From Candidatus Thalassarchaeaceae archaeon (lineage in GTDB: Archaea; Thermoplasmatota; Poseidoniia; Poseidoniales; Thalassarchaeaceae), in the NCBI GenBank assembly GCA_023700255.1, contig JAJPRD010000005.1, positions 2,077 to 66,076 of the forward strand: DNA of 64,000 nucleotides. Reading direction: 5' to 3'. Below the pieces are notes generated by a model that saw only the letters and a list, made by a program, of their open reading frames with translations, ran no database searches and was not told where the DNA came from. The number at the start of each line of letters is the position of its first letter. Position 1 is the stretch's first letter. Below, piece by piece: positions 28,401-37,300 of this stretch. Position numbers and translations under genes: made by a program.

Positions 28401-28692
28401 ATTTGATTGTAAATCAGCCGATGTTGACAATTTTGTTTCAGAAGAAGGAGCTAGTGAACAAACTCCATGTAAATCTGGAGATACACAACCAGCAACCGGG
28501 CAGATTAAATGCATCCCAGGAAAAGACTCAATTCCAATACTTCCTATATTGGTTATACCATTAATAGTCATTGTAGCAGCATATGCTTACAAATATCGAA
28601 TCAGTGAAGGCGGTAAATCTTCTAGTGGCAAAGATTCCAAAGAGTGGGATGAAAAAACTATAGATTATGTCCCAGAGTCATTAAAAAGGTAA
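25453..28692 (+). CDS. Giant cell-surface protein: signal peptide, RCC1-like beta-propeller repeats, about 17 ephrin-receptor-like Cys repeats, C-terminal TM anchor
   Basis: Repeated CWGxNxxGQLGDG-type motifs in roughly aa 80-460. A reiterated C-x-x-GTYQP-x-x-GQ-x-x-C-x-x-A-x-x-G-x-(Y/F)V unit follows. The C-terminal helix is IPILPILVIPLIVIVAAYAY. Confidence 0.85.
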   Translation: MKISQTIKMLVTISLCLVLLLAPMSGYNDNSNNNLEEISEEYYTLASMNMPGFQSGSIYSYDTISMYQTGCAVLANGEIECWGDSFFGQAGVITTPGQGLSTNNLNFPTNVNSLQNSMGHFVEVAAGQFSTCALNSIGEVYCWGTELVGQLGNGIEPTTDYTNYSIHSPSLVQLPDNTSAVSISASTGNNHRCAILNNSDTVCWGVNNWGQLGDGTSCYVTGGEGYELPGYNTGICSDSPEDGDDSGKFTPVIVQFPDNKSAISISTGNQFTCAVMTDNSLYCWGKNDVLQLGQGNSNTVNGIPTLVSLPGDRTVASVAAGGDSTCALSMDHNVYCWGAGGDGQLGDGSNDSNSVPGLVTLEEGEIPTSITAGNAFYCILLDTGAAKCWGSNWHGGLGDGGDLDEAGNAINKLLPTNVSGNHSFIGIEAGLQNTCAIKANGSAYCWGNPSYGSLGNGMSGITVQINYPVRVGEMANWLTTYASEQDPDGDGILTIFDSNPYPCNSGYQQIDNVCVEVSPGSYSINGVANVCDYGTYQPLAGQSYCLFASPGNYVNNTNSTEQMPCVAGTYQNNSGQISCIENSPGYYTDTESSENQEKCPTGTYQPNSGSQDCIFTDAGYFTSNRKSVSQTPCPVGTYQPLTGQNNCLSADIGYHVSSSASISQDICDVGTYSDTLGQIECNNASAGNYVLDTGQSSEISCSYGTYQPGTGQTSCIPASIGHYVGLEGAKFQIPCSVGTYQPDTGQTSCILATPGSVVTEQGATGQSSCPEGSYSSEEGQNECTQAEPGTFVDSIGATEPTPCPSGQFQEIEGSLNCVESPPGYFTESDGSSEASPCQPGTYAAEGQSSCVDADPGFFVASEAQSNQEMCLQGTFQPDSGASSCLKSTPGNYVSKFAQSEQTPCELGTFQPSQENTECIPAYAGQHVPEPGSMSQSPCQRGTYQPETSQSECLDADPGNFVSSSAASSQFPCSIGKYQPDVGQFDCKSADVDNFVSEEGASEQTPCKSGDTQPATGQIKCIPGKDSIPILPILVIPLIVIVAAYAYKYRISEGGKSSSGKDSKEWDEKTIDYVPESLKR
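26958..28518 (+). repeat. Array of about 17 tandem units of about 30 codons each (GCC2_GCC3/ephrin-receptor-like Cys repeats)
   Basis: The periodic CxxGTYQPxxGQxxC motif is read directly from the translation. Confidence 0.8.
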
Positions 28693-28735
28693 ATAATTCC
28701 GTATTAGTTAATTCCTCTAGCCTTGTGGGATAAAC

Positions 28736-29782
28736 ATGCGCGACTATCCTGGTGGCAGAATCGATCTACGTAGTGATACAGTCACTCAACCTGTTCCTGC
28801 AATGAGAGAAGTAATGGCAAATGCAATTGTTGGCGATGATGTACTGGGTGATGATCCAACAGTAATAGAATTGCAAAATAGAATTGCAAAAATGCTTGGT
28901 AAAGAAGCAGCATTATTTGTTCCTTCAGGCACCATGTCAAACGCTATTGCAATTAAATCTCAAACAAGACCAGGTGATGAGATTATTACTCATAAGAAAA
29001 GTCATATATATCTTTACGAAGGTGGAGGCTATGCGGTTTTAGCAGGGTGCTCTGTAGCATTGGTAGATGGAGAATATGGAATAATGTCGCCATTAGATGT
29101 TAAAAAATCAATTAGAAAAGTTGAAGGTAGCAATTCACATTATCCAAATTGTTCGTTAATATGTGTAGAAAATACTGCAAATATTGGGGGCGGCTCCATA
29201 TATTCCCAAGAAATACTCGATGAAATTTGCGACATTGCTCATGCAAATAACTGCAGAGCCCATCTTGATGGTGCAAGAATTTTCAATGCCGTAATAGGAA
29301 GTGGAATTTCTGCTGCAAGAATGGTTGAAAAGTTTGATACGATTTCTGTTTGCTTGTCCAAAGGTCTTGGAACTCCTGTAGGCTCATTATTGGTTGGAGA
29401 CTCAGATACAATAAATGAAGCACATAGGTGGAGAAAGATGTTCGGAGGAGGAATGAGACAATCAGGTATACTCGCTGCTGCAGGACTATATGCCTTAGAA
29501 AATAATATACAACGTTTGTCAGAGGACCATTCCAGAGCTCGTTTATTGGCTGAAGTAATCAATGAAATGGAATCATATGATGTAGATCTGGAAGCGGTAC
29601 AATCTAACATGGTATTTATTTCCTGTAAAGAAGGACAAGCTCAAAATCTTGTGGAAAGTGTTGCAAAACATGGAGTAGATGTTTTGACAATAGGTGATTC
29701 AATTGTGAGAGCGGTCGTGCATTTACATATCACTGATGAAGATATTCAAAATACAATATTTGCATTTCAAAATGCTCAATAA
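28736..29782 (+). CDS. ltaE: Low-specificity L-threonine aldolase
   Basis: DLRSDTVTQP, GDDVLGDDPT, SGTMSNAIA, HLDGARIFNA, and CLSKGLGTPVGS (PLP lysine). Confidence 0.85.
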   Translation: MRDYPGGRIDLRSDTVTQPVPAMREVMANAIVGDDVLGDDPTVIELQNRIAKMLGKEAALFVPSGTMSNAIAIKSQTRPGDEIITHKKSHIYLYEGGGYAVLAGCSVALVDGEYGIMSPLDVKKSIRKVEGSNSHYPNCSLICVENTANIGGGSIYSQEILDEICDIAHANNCRAHLDGARIFNAVIGSGISAARMVEKFDTISVCLSKGLGTPVGSLLVGDSDTINEAHRWRKMFGGGMRQSGILAAAGLYALENNIQRLSEDHSRARLLAEVINEMESYDVDLEAVQSNMVFISCKEGQAQNLVESVAKHGVDVLTIGDSIVRAVVHLHITDEDIQNTIFAFQNAQ

Positions 29783-29821
29783 GCCGGAAGCATTCAATAT
29801 GAAAGTTCATACGATATACTA

Positions 29822-30766
29822 ATGAGGTCTATTGTAGCGATATTTATGGTTTCATTAATTCTTCTTCCAATCACTATTTCAACTGCAGATATTGTAACTG
29901 TAGAAACATGGGATAAGGCAAGGGGCGAATCAAATGCTGGCACAATCGGAGGAGTTACAATTAATCTCAATGATTCCACAATTAGCGAATCTATGAATAT
30001 TCAGGATTTTCCAGTTATTATTGAAACATATACTGCCACATGGTGTGAAAATTGTGTCGATGTTGAAGAAATTAGAGATGAAGCAATAGGGGACAATAAT
30101 GTATCAATAATTCATTATCATAGGCACTTTTTTGAATCTAGTGACCCCTTCGGCAGCAATAGTACCGAACTTCGCTGGGAGTCTAGTTATGGTTCTGCAT
30201 CTATAGATGCCATTGGATTGTCAAGAGGTGCTCCAACTACAATTATAGATGGCGAAAGGATGCATGCAGGTAAGGTAGCAAAATCTAATTCCTTGAAGAA
30301 TGATTTTACTAATTCTATAGAATTTGGTACTAGTGCACCATTGATTGGCTCAATTAGCTTATCTGTAGAATCAAGTACAAATCAAACAACTGGCTTATTT
30401 TCATGGAATACATCTCAACTTTCTTATTCATGTATTGATGATTGTTCAAATCAACTCTCAACTATTGCTTGGCTAATGTTCGTAGAAGATGTAGCCTATT
30501 TCCCAGAAGGGTCTAATGGGCTAGAATATTATCATCATGTCTTGCATGAAGCAATTTATCTTGAAGAATCTGATGGTTCAAAATCTTTCGATATACCTGA
30601 CGCATGGGATGGAAATGATATGTCTGCTATTCTGATTGTCGATTGGGCCGAAGTTGAAACGAAAAATAATTCTATACCTGCACCAAGTATTGTTTTGACT
30701 CTAATTTGCTTTCTAGTTTCTTCAGTGGCTTATGGTAAAAAGAACCATTTTTCTCAAATTAAATAG
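29822..30766 (+). CDS. Hypothetical exported protein with a CxxC motif and a C-terminal TM anchor
   Basis: N-terminal signal/TM, TATWCENCVDVEE (thioredoxin-like CxxC), C-terminal IVLTLICFLVSSVAY. Confidence 0.5.
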   Translation: MRSIVAIFMVSLILLPITISTADIVTVETWDKARGESNAGTIGGVTINLNDSTISESMNIQDFPVIIETYTATWCENCVDVEEIRDEAIGDNNVSIIHYHRHFFESSDPFGSNSTELRWESSYGSASIDAIGLSRGAPTTIIDGERMHAGKVAKSNSLKNDFTNSIEFGTSAPLIGSISLSVESSTNQTTGLFSWNTSQLSYSCIDDCSNQLSTIAWLMFVEDVAYFPEGSNGLEYYHHVLHEAIYLEESDGSKSFDIPDAWDGNDMSAILIVDWAEVETKNNSIPAPSIVLTLICFLVSSVAYGKKNHFSQIK

Positions 30767-30819
30767 AAACTCTTAGTTGGGTTCAATAACCCCGTCCTTT
30801 ATGGCGTACGCTCGGTGAT

Positions 30820-33800
30820 GTGATGTTGCAAACAGAGAGGTATTCTATTACGAATGAATTAGTCTCTGAGGGGACTATCCCATCATGGCTTCAAGAGCAT
30901 ATAGAATGGCAAGCACTTAGTCCAATTTCAATTCCCGAAAAGAGAAAAAATAAGTTAATGATAATATATCCAAATGAAGAGTCCCGTAAAGAAAATCTCT
31001 CAAAATTAGGTTCCAAAGGGTTTGCTTTTGATAGGAAGCTACACCAGACAATAGAATCTTTACATATTTCACTACTTGCAGATTTAAGACTTCCAAGGTT
31101 ATTACCAGTTCAAGAATCCTTCAATATTATACTACATCAAGAATGTATTATTGAAGCTAAAAAATTGGCATTCCCAATAATTAATCCTATTCCCGATATG
31201 GATTGGGGAAGGGGCAAGACTTCACAATTAGTAAAATTACATGCATATTTATCAAAAGAAGGAGTAGTAAAATCTTGGACAGGTCCCGGCATTCATTCTT
31301 TCAATCGAATTCTACAGAATCTTGAAAAGAAATTAGGAGGAACTCATCCAGATATGGCGTATTCACGAATTACAGAGAAATTATCAGACTCAAATAAACC
31401 GTTCACCTTTATTGATATTGATGGAATTATAATGCTAAATCATGCTCCATGTTTACCCAAATCACAAAAGAAAATGTTACATGCCATCTCCAATCATTGC
31501 CCTATTCATCAACTAACTTATCCTGGTAATTTCAGGCTCGGGCATCATGGTTACTTATTGATGGATCAATATCCGGTTGAATCCAAAAAAGATTTACCAG
31601 AATTTATGCCAATTCATGAAATTGAATCAGAAAGTAGTGAAATCAGTGCTACAATTTACCAACTTAAAAGAGAAACCCATTCCTTTAGAATTACTTCCTC
31701 AATTGTTCGTGATTACTTAGATCTAAATCCTGATTCAAGTGTAATAATTGTAGATCCTTCTTTAGAATCAAATAATTATCGTTGGAAAAATATGGCAAAT
31801 AATCTAGGAATTCCAATAAATAACTCTGAAATTAATTTAACAAGTAATTCTCTTGGACATTGGCTCAATCAACTAGTTACTTTGGGACATGGAGAAAATA
31901 GTTTTTCACTTGAAAACTTGAGAGTAATATCTCTTCAAACCATGATATCTCCATTTGAATTTTCTCTCACTCACCCTATGGATTCAGAGATTAATATTAT
32001 TCCTGATCAACAATTACTGACTAATTTAGCACGAAGTGAACATGTTCTAGGTGGACCAGGAGCACTAAGAAGATGGCTTGAATCTCTTTCTAGATCACCT
32101 AGCGATAATTCTGAATCAATCAAAAAAGAATCTACTCAATGGTGGTTACTAAATCTTGCCTATTCTTTAGAACCTTTACTCAGGGACGAAGATAAACTTG
32201 CATTGAAAGAAAGCGAATTTAGAATTGGATGCCATACAGGGGCTAAATTACCAATAATAAAGCCATTTAATAATGCAGATAAATGGTTATTAGAAATATT
32301 AAAAACAGTAAATTTGGAATTAATTTCCGACAATATAGATACCGAATCGCTATCTATACCTGCAGTAATTCAATCAATTATTAAAAATTATAAGTCATTA
32401 AGGAATATGCAGTTTTCATTGAATCATAGGCCAGCAGCCAATGGTCCCGATTGGGTTGACGAATATCTAAATCTGATCAATTCAATTACGCATTCTGACT
32501 CCAATTCAATGAATATGTCTAGGTTGAGGTTTTTGACTCCTGAACAGGCTTTAGGCTGTTCTGCAGATTTAATAATTCTTGCAAATTTATCCAGCTCATC
32601 ATGGGATATGAAAGTCCAAAAAATTCCATTTTTAGGCGATGAAGAACGTTACCGCTTTGACCTTTTGAGGCCCGATGGCCCGATAAGAAAAGCAAGACAC
32701 TCTTTACAACATTTATTATTTGCAGGAAAAAGAACTATCATTTTGGACCCCAGTCTTGATGATACGTCACCCCCCAGTGCCCCAATTAGAGAATGGATAT
32801 CACTAAATAATCATTTAATTGAAGAATATGATGATTCAAAACCCACTAATCCTCGTGATATCCGTCAATTAGATGGAATTAATTTACAACATGGGCAAAA
32901 ATTAACTTATCCTCCACTGAATGTTGATTCAATTACCATACCTATTGATGTTAAACTACAACGTGAACGTGAGAGGAGACAACCAGATCGAGTTGGTAGT
33001 GACCATTATTTGCCAGAAAAATCAAGAAATCATATATTTTCTATAAATCATACCGACCTTTCAAGAAAAGTTCCAAGCGGTAATACTAGTCCTAGGGATT
33101 TTGATACATGGCCAGTTATTGGAGGTCATACCAATTCAGGTAAAAGGACACCAACAATAGATCCCAGACCATTCAGTATCTCTCCAACAGAAATATCTGT
33201 CAGTGATAATCGTCATGGGCATTCACAAGGTGCTGAGCAAAGAAAACAAATATGGTCCCCAAGTAGATTGCATGATTGGTTAAAATGCCCTCGTAGCGGC
33301 TGGCTATCGAGGGGACTTAGAGCAAAACAAGAAGAATTACAGTCTGAAGATTTAGATGCCCGAGTCCATGGTGAACTAATTCACTTAATCCATCATGATG
33401 TATTATGCCATATATTGGGTCTTGAAATTGGTGTAGAATCTTATGATAAAAATAAACAAAATAAACCTATTAATTTGTTTAAGTCAGGCCTTACAAAGGA
33501 GGAAGTTATGCAAATAGCTTTCGAATCTTTAGATTCGAGGGCACCATGGCTCGATAGAACAGATGCCGTATCGGCTAACCGCTTACAAATTTTAACTGGC
33601 ATGAATCGAAACCAATGGAATGATTGGCTAGCAAATCCTATTCCAATCAAACCTTCAGGTAGAATTGGAACCATTGTAGAGGCTGAATTTACTATTGAAG
33701 ATAGTATGCCAATTAGCATAGAATGGAATATAAAAAATTACAATAGTAAAGGTATTGAAATTAGCATACCTTCAGAATTAACTAGCCCAGATATGCAGAA

Positions 33801-34395
33801 GTTACCCTCTATAATGGTACAAGGACACATAGATAGAGTTGGGCAATTACCATTTGATAAACAAGGAGAAATATGGATTAATGAAAATGGAAATAATTCA
33901 ATTGCACCATTGAAATTTCATTCAGAAGAATGGATTCCTCGTAGATTAATAGTAATCAGGGATCTTAAGACAACAGAATCTAAGTCTGCAAAAGATAGGC
34001 AATCTATGGGCCTTCTTGAAGAACTCCAACTAGCAATATATGCTAGAGCATGGGAAATGGCCCATCCCGGAGATTTAGTGGTCGGTGCTGGAATATCAAT
34101 ATTTAGTCATAATACTATACATTTGGTTGAAATGTCTCCTAATGAACATATAATTCCAGGATTAAAAATAGGTGAAAGATCTAATCTCACTCCAGATTTA
34201 TTTAGATTTACTGATGATCCCCCAAGTCCCAATAGTGACCCATTTAGAGCATGGTTAACTCAGAGACTCTCTGTTGCTTTAGGTGTTGCCAATGGGGCAA
34301 TGCTTGGTAAGGTACACCCAACTCCTTCAAAAGACTCATGCGGATTTTGTTCAGTAAGAGATATTTGCGATGTTAGAATGGAGGATGGATTCTAA
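30820..34395 (+). CDS. addB: AddB-like subunit: large protein with a C-terminal PD-(D/E)XK (RecB-family) nuclease carrying an AddB-type Cys4 pattern
   Basis: LKCPRSGW ... HGELIH ... IDRVGQ ... VIRDLKT ... QLAIYARA ... CGFCSVRDIC (C-x2-C-x5-C). No canonical N-terminal Walker A; only a degenerate GRGKT near aa 130. Its stop overlaps the next gene's start (TAATG). Confidence 0.65.
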   Translation: MMLQTERYSITNELVSEGTIPSWLQEHIEWQALSPISIPEKRKNKLMIIYPNEESRKENLSKLGSKGFAFDRKLHQTIESLHISLLADLRLPRLLPVQESFNIILHQECIIEAKKLAFPIINPIPDMDWGRGKTSQLVKLHAYLSKEGVVKSWTGPGIHSFNRILQNLEKKLGGTHPDMAYSRITEKLSDSNKPFTFIDIDGIIMLNHAPCLPKSQKKMLHAISNHCPIHQLTYPGNFRLGHHGYLLMDQYPVESKKDLPEFMPIHEIESESSEISATIYQLKRETHSFRITSSIVRDYLDLNPDSSVIIVDPSLESNNYRWKNMANNLGIPINNSEINLTSNSLGHWLNQLVTLGHGENSFSLENLRVISLQTMISPFEFSLTHPMDSEINIIPDQQLLTNLARSEHVLGGPGALRRWLESLSRSPSDNSESIKKESTQWWLLNLAYSLEPLLRDEDKLALKESEFRIGCHTGAKLPIIKPFNNADKWLLEILKTVNLELISDNIDTESLSIPAVIQSIIKNYKSLRNMQFSLNHRPAANGPDWVDEYLNLINSITHSDSNSMNMSRLRFLTPEQALGCSADLIILANLSSSSWDMKVQKIPFLGDEERYRFDLLRPDGPIRKARHSLQHLLFAGKRTIILDPSLDDTSPPSAPIREWISLNNHLIEEYDDSKPTNPRDIRQLDGINLQHGQKLTYPPLNVDSITIPIDVKLQRERERRQPDRVGSDHYLPEKSRNHIFSINHTDLSRKVPSGNTSPRDFDTWPVIGGHTNSGKRTPTIDPRPFSISPTEISVSDNRHGHSQGAEQRKQIWSPSRLHDWLKCPRSGWLSRGLRAKQEELQSEDLDARVHGELIHLIHHDVLCHILGLEIGVESYDKNKQNKPINLFKSGLTKEEVMQIAFESLDSRAPWLDRTDAVSANRLQILTGMNRNQWNDWLANPIPIKPSGRIGTIVEAEFTIEDSMPISIEWNIKNYNSKGIEISIPSELTSPDMQKLPSIMVQGHIDRVGQLPFDKQGEIWINENGNNSIAPLKFHSEEWIPRRLIVIRDLKTTESKSAKDRQSMGLLEELQLAIYARAWEMAHPGDLVVGAGISIFSHNTIHLVEMSPNEHIIPGLKIGERSNLTPDLFRFTDDPPSPNSDPFRAWLTQRLSVALGVANGAMLGKVHPTPSKDSCGFCSVRDICDVRMEDGF

Positions 34396-37300
34396 TGAAT
34401 TTGAATACAGCCCAAAGGCTGGCATTAAATTTAGACTCACATATTGTAATAGATGCAGGGGCGGGAACTGGAAAAACTAGCACTATAATAGACAGAGTAA
34501 TTGAGCATTATCTCACTGAAGATCAAAGAGCAACTAGGATTCTCCCAGCTCCAGAAAGACCCTCTAGATTAGATGGAGGTTTACTCCTGTCTCCAGTTTC
34601 CGAAACAATAGATTTACGAAAATGGGGGGGCTTACTTCCGGGAGAAGTTGTACTCTTGACATTCACTAATCGTGCTTCAGATGAGATGAGGGACCGATTA
34701 AGAAATAGAATTTCAAGATTAAAACCAGGCCCAATTGGTGATGATGGGATAAATCGTACAGATCCTAGGATTAGGCATCAAGGATTTAATGAGCAGTTAC
34801 TTACACTTTTAGAAGATGCTCCAATAGGTACCATAGACTCATTCTTCAACCAATTAATATCTCCTTACAAAGGTTATTTGGGAGATTCTTTTAGCAAAGA
34901 AGTAGTTTCCGACTCTAGTCGAATTTTACTTATAGAATCAGCTCTCAACACGCTTTGGAGATTACCTAACTCATTGAATTTAATTGGCGATGCAGTAGAT
35001 TCCGGAATACCTTCAGAAATCGCATCTCAAGTCCTAAATGCTAGAGATAATATCGCCAGACACTATTCTGGAAGACGAACGGCCGCAAATATTCTAAGAA
35101 GTTTAGTTTACAAATCTATTTTTATTCAAGAAGGCTCTAGATTACTGATAGATAAAGATGGCAAAATAGATCCAAATTTACTATGTGGAAGAATAATTGA
35201 ATCAATAGATATTTCTGAAGTTACTCAATTTACTGATCAAATCTATTCTGAAATATCGAACTATTGTAATCTTATCAAAGATCATGCCGCAGTCCTTGCC
35301 CCAGAGGGTGTATTTTCCGATACTAGGATTGCTACTTTAGATAAATTATGTGAACTTGGCATACCTTCAGATAAGTGGAATAAACTCATCTGGCTTAGTC
35401 ATATTTTACTGTGTATATCTAGCGAATCATCAATATTATCAGAAAAGCCAACTTTATTCCCTAGTTCTAAATTACCATCAAATGATTGGGAAAGTGGTGT
35501 TTTAAGTTATGCTAAAATTTCAAATAAAACTACAAAGGAACTAGTAAGAGATGAAATGAAAGATATAATTAGTAATATAAAAGATATTTGGGGCTCGAAA
35601 TTAGGGAAATTAATACTACACTATACTCAAATTACTTTAATTTTTGATAATTCAAATCCTCCATCTGCTCCAGAAGATTGGCAACATCCTCTCTCGGCCC
35701 TTCCATTTCCATTACCTGAAAGATTGAAATCAGGAGAGAAAGTTAACAAATATCATTTCACTTTAGATGCAGAAGTACAAAATTTAAATGATTTACGTTT
35801 AATGCATGATGGATTTTTAGGAATTTTAAATAATTTAAAGGAAAATGAGGAAACACACGACTACGAGGACGTACAAAGGTTAACCGGTGACTTATTACTT
35901 GCAAACTGTCCAGATATTTGTAGGTATTTTTATCCATCTCCAATTCAGGATGCCCTTGACTCATTAAGTACAGAAACTTGGAGGGATGATCATATTTCAA
36001 GAGCCTTTGAAGTATTAGAAAATATGGAAAAAAACCCAGATTTAGCAGGAAACAACTCTCATAATTTATCTGCCATTCGAATGGATATAACACAACGCTA
36101 TGAGTTGTTAAAGAGAATCAGGAGAAGATATAGGGCATTTATTATTGATGAAGCACAAGATAATTCTCCATTACAATGGCGCCTACTTTCCAGACTTTGG
36201 GGTGAAAGACATATTGAGGACGGCGAAATAACTGTTCCAGATACGCCATGGCAACCAACAGTTTGCTATGTTGGAGATGTAAAACAAAGTATCTACGCAT
36301 TCCGCCAAGCAGAAGTTACTGGCTTTCTAGAATATGCAAAAATTCTAAGAACCATAAATTCTCATGAATTTTCAAGTATCAAAGCATTAACTCGTGCCCC
36401 TCCACTTCGTAGAGAAAACGCAAGTAGAGATCCTAGGAACTCATATAATCTGAGTATAGCAAAAGCAAATTTAGTAGCAAAAGATGGAGGTAGAAATCTA
36501 ATTCCATGGATTCCTTTTGATTTATCTGATGTTCATTTGCCAATACCGTCACCTGAAGAAATAGAGGCTAGAAAAGAAGGTTTGATTAGATTACAAGTCA
36601 ATTATCGAACAGATGGTGGTTTACTCAAAGTAATGAATAACTGGTGGAATGATATATTCCATGTCAAACATAGAAATATTCCAAATGGTAATTTTTATGC
36701 TCAACCCCAACCACTTTTTCCAAGTAGAGAGAAGATTAACTCAAATGGCTCTTTAGAGTGGATTTGCCCTATAAATACAGGTGAAAATGTAAATCCAGTT
36801 ACTGATCTAAAAATACCATTAGACCCATTTGGACCAGGTAAACCGGATTCAATAGAAAGACAAAGTATGATGATAGCCATGAGAGTTAAAAATCTTATAG
36901 AAGGTAAATCGGTCAAAGTCAAATCCCCAAATGGTGAATGGACTGAGTTACCTGCAGAAGATTCCATTGAACCTAGTGAAATAATGATATTATTGCCAAG
37001 TAGATCAAAAATTAGAGATGTTATAATTAGATATCTTCACGATCTTGGCATACCTGCGCAAGCTGATAGAGAAGGAGGGTTATTAGATCGTCCTGCAGCA
37101 CACACAATAGAAGGATTATTACAATTCATTGCAAGACCATTTTCTAGACATCATGCAGCATGGGTTGCACGTTCAAGTTTGATAGGATTTGATGATGATA
37201 GATTACAGGAATTTATTTACAATTCTTCAAAAGATGAAAACTTATTAATTAGGTTGAGTAATTTTACTGTCAATGGAAGGCAAAAAGAGTTAGTTCAAAG

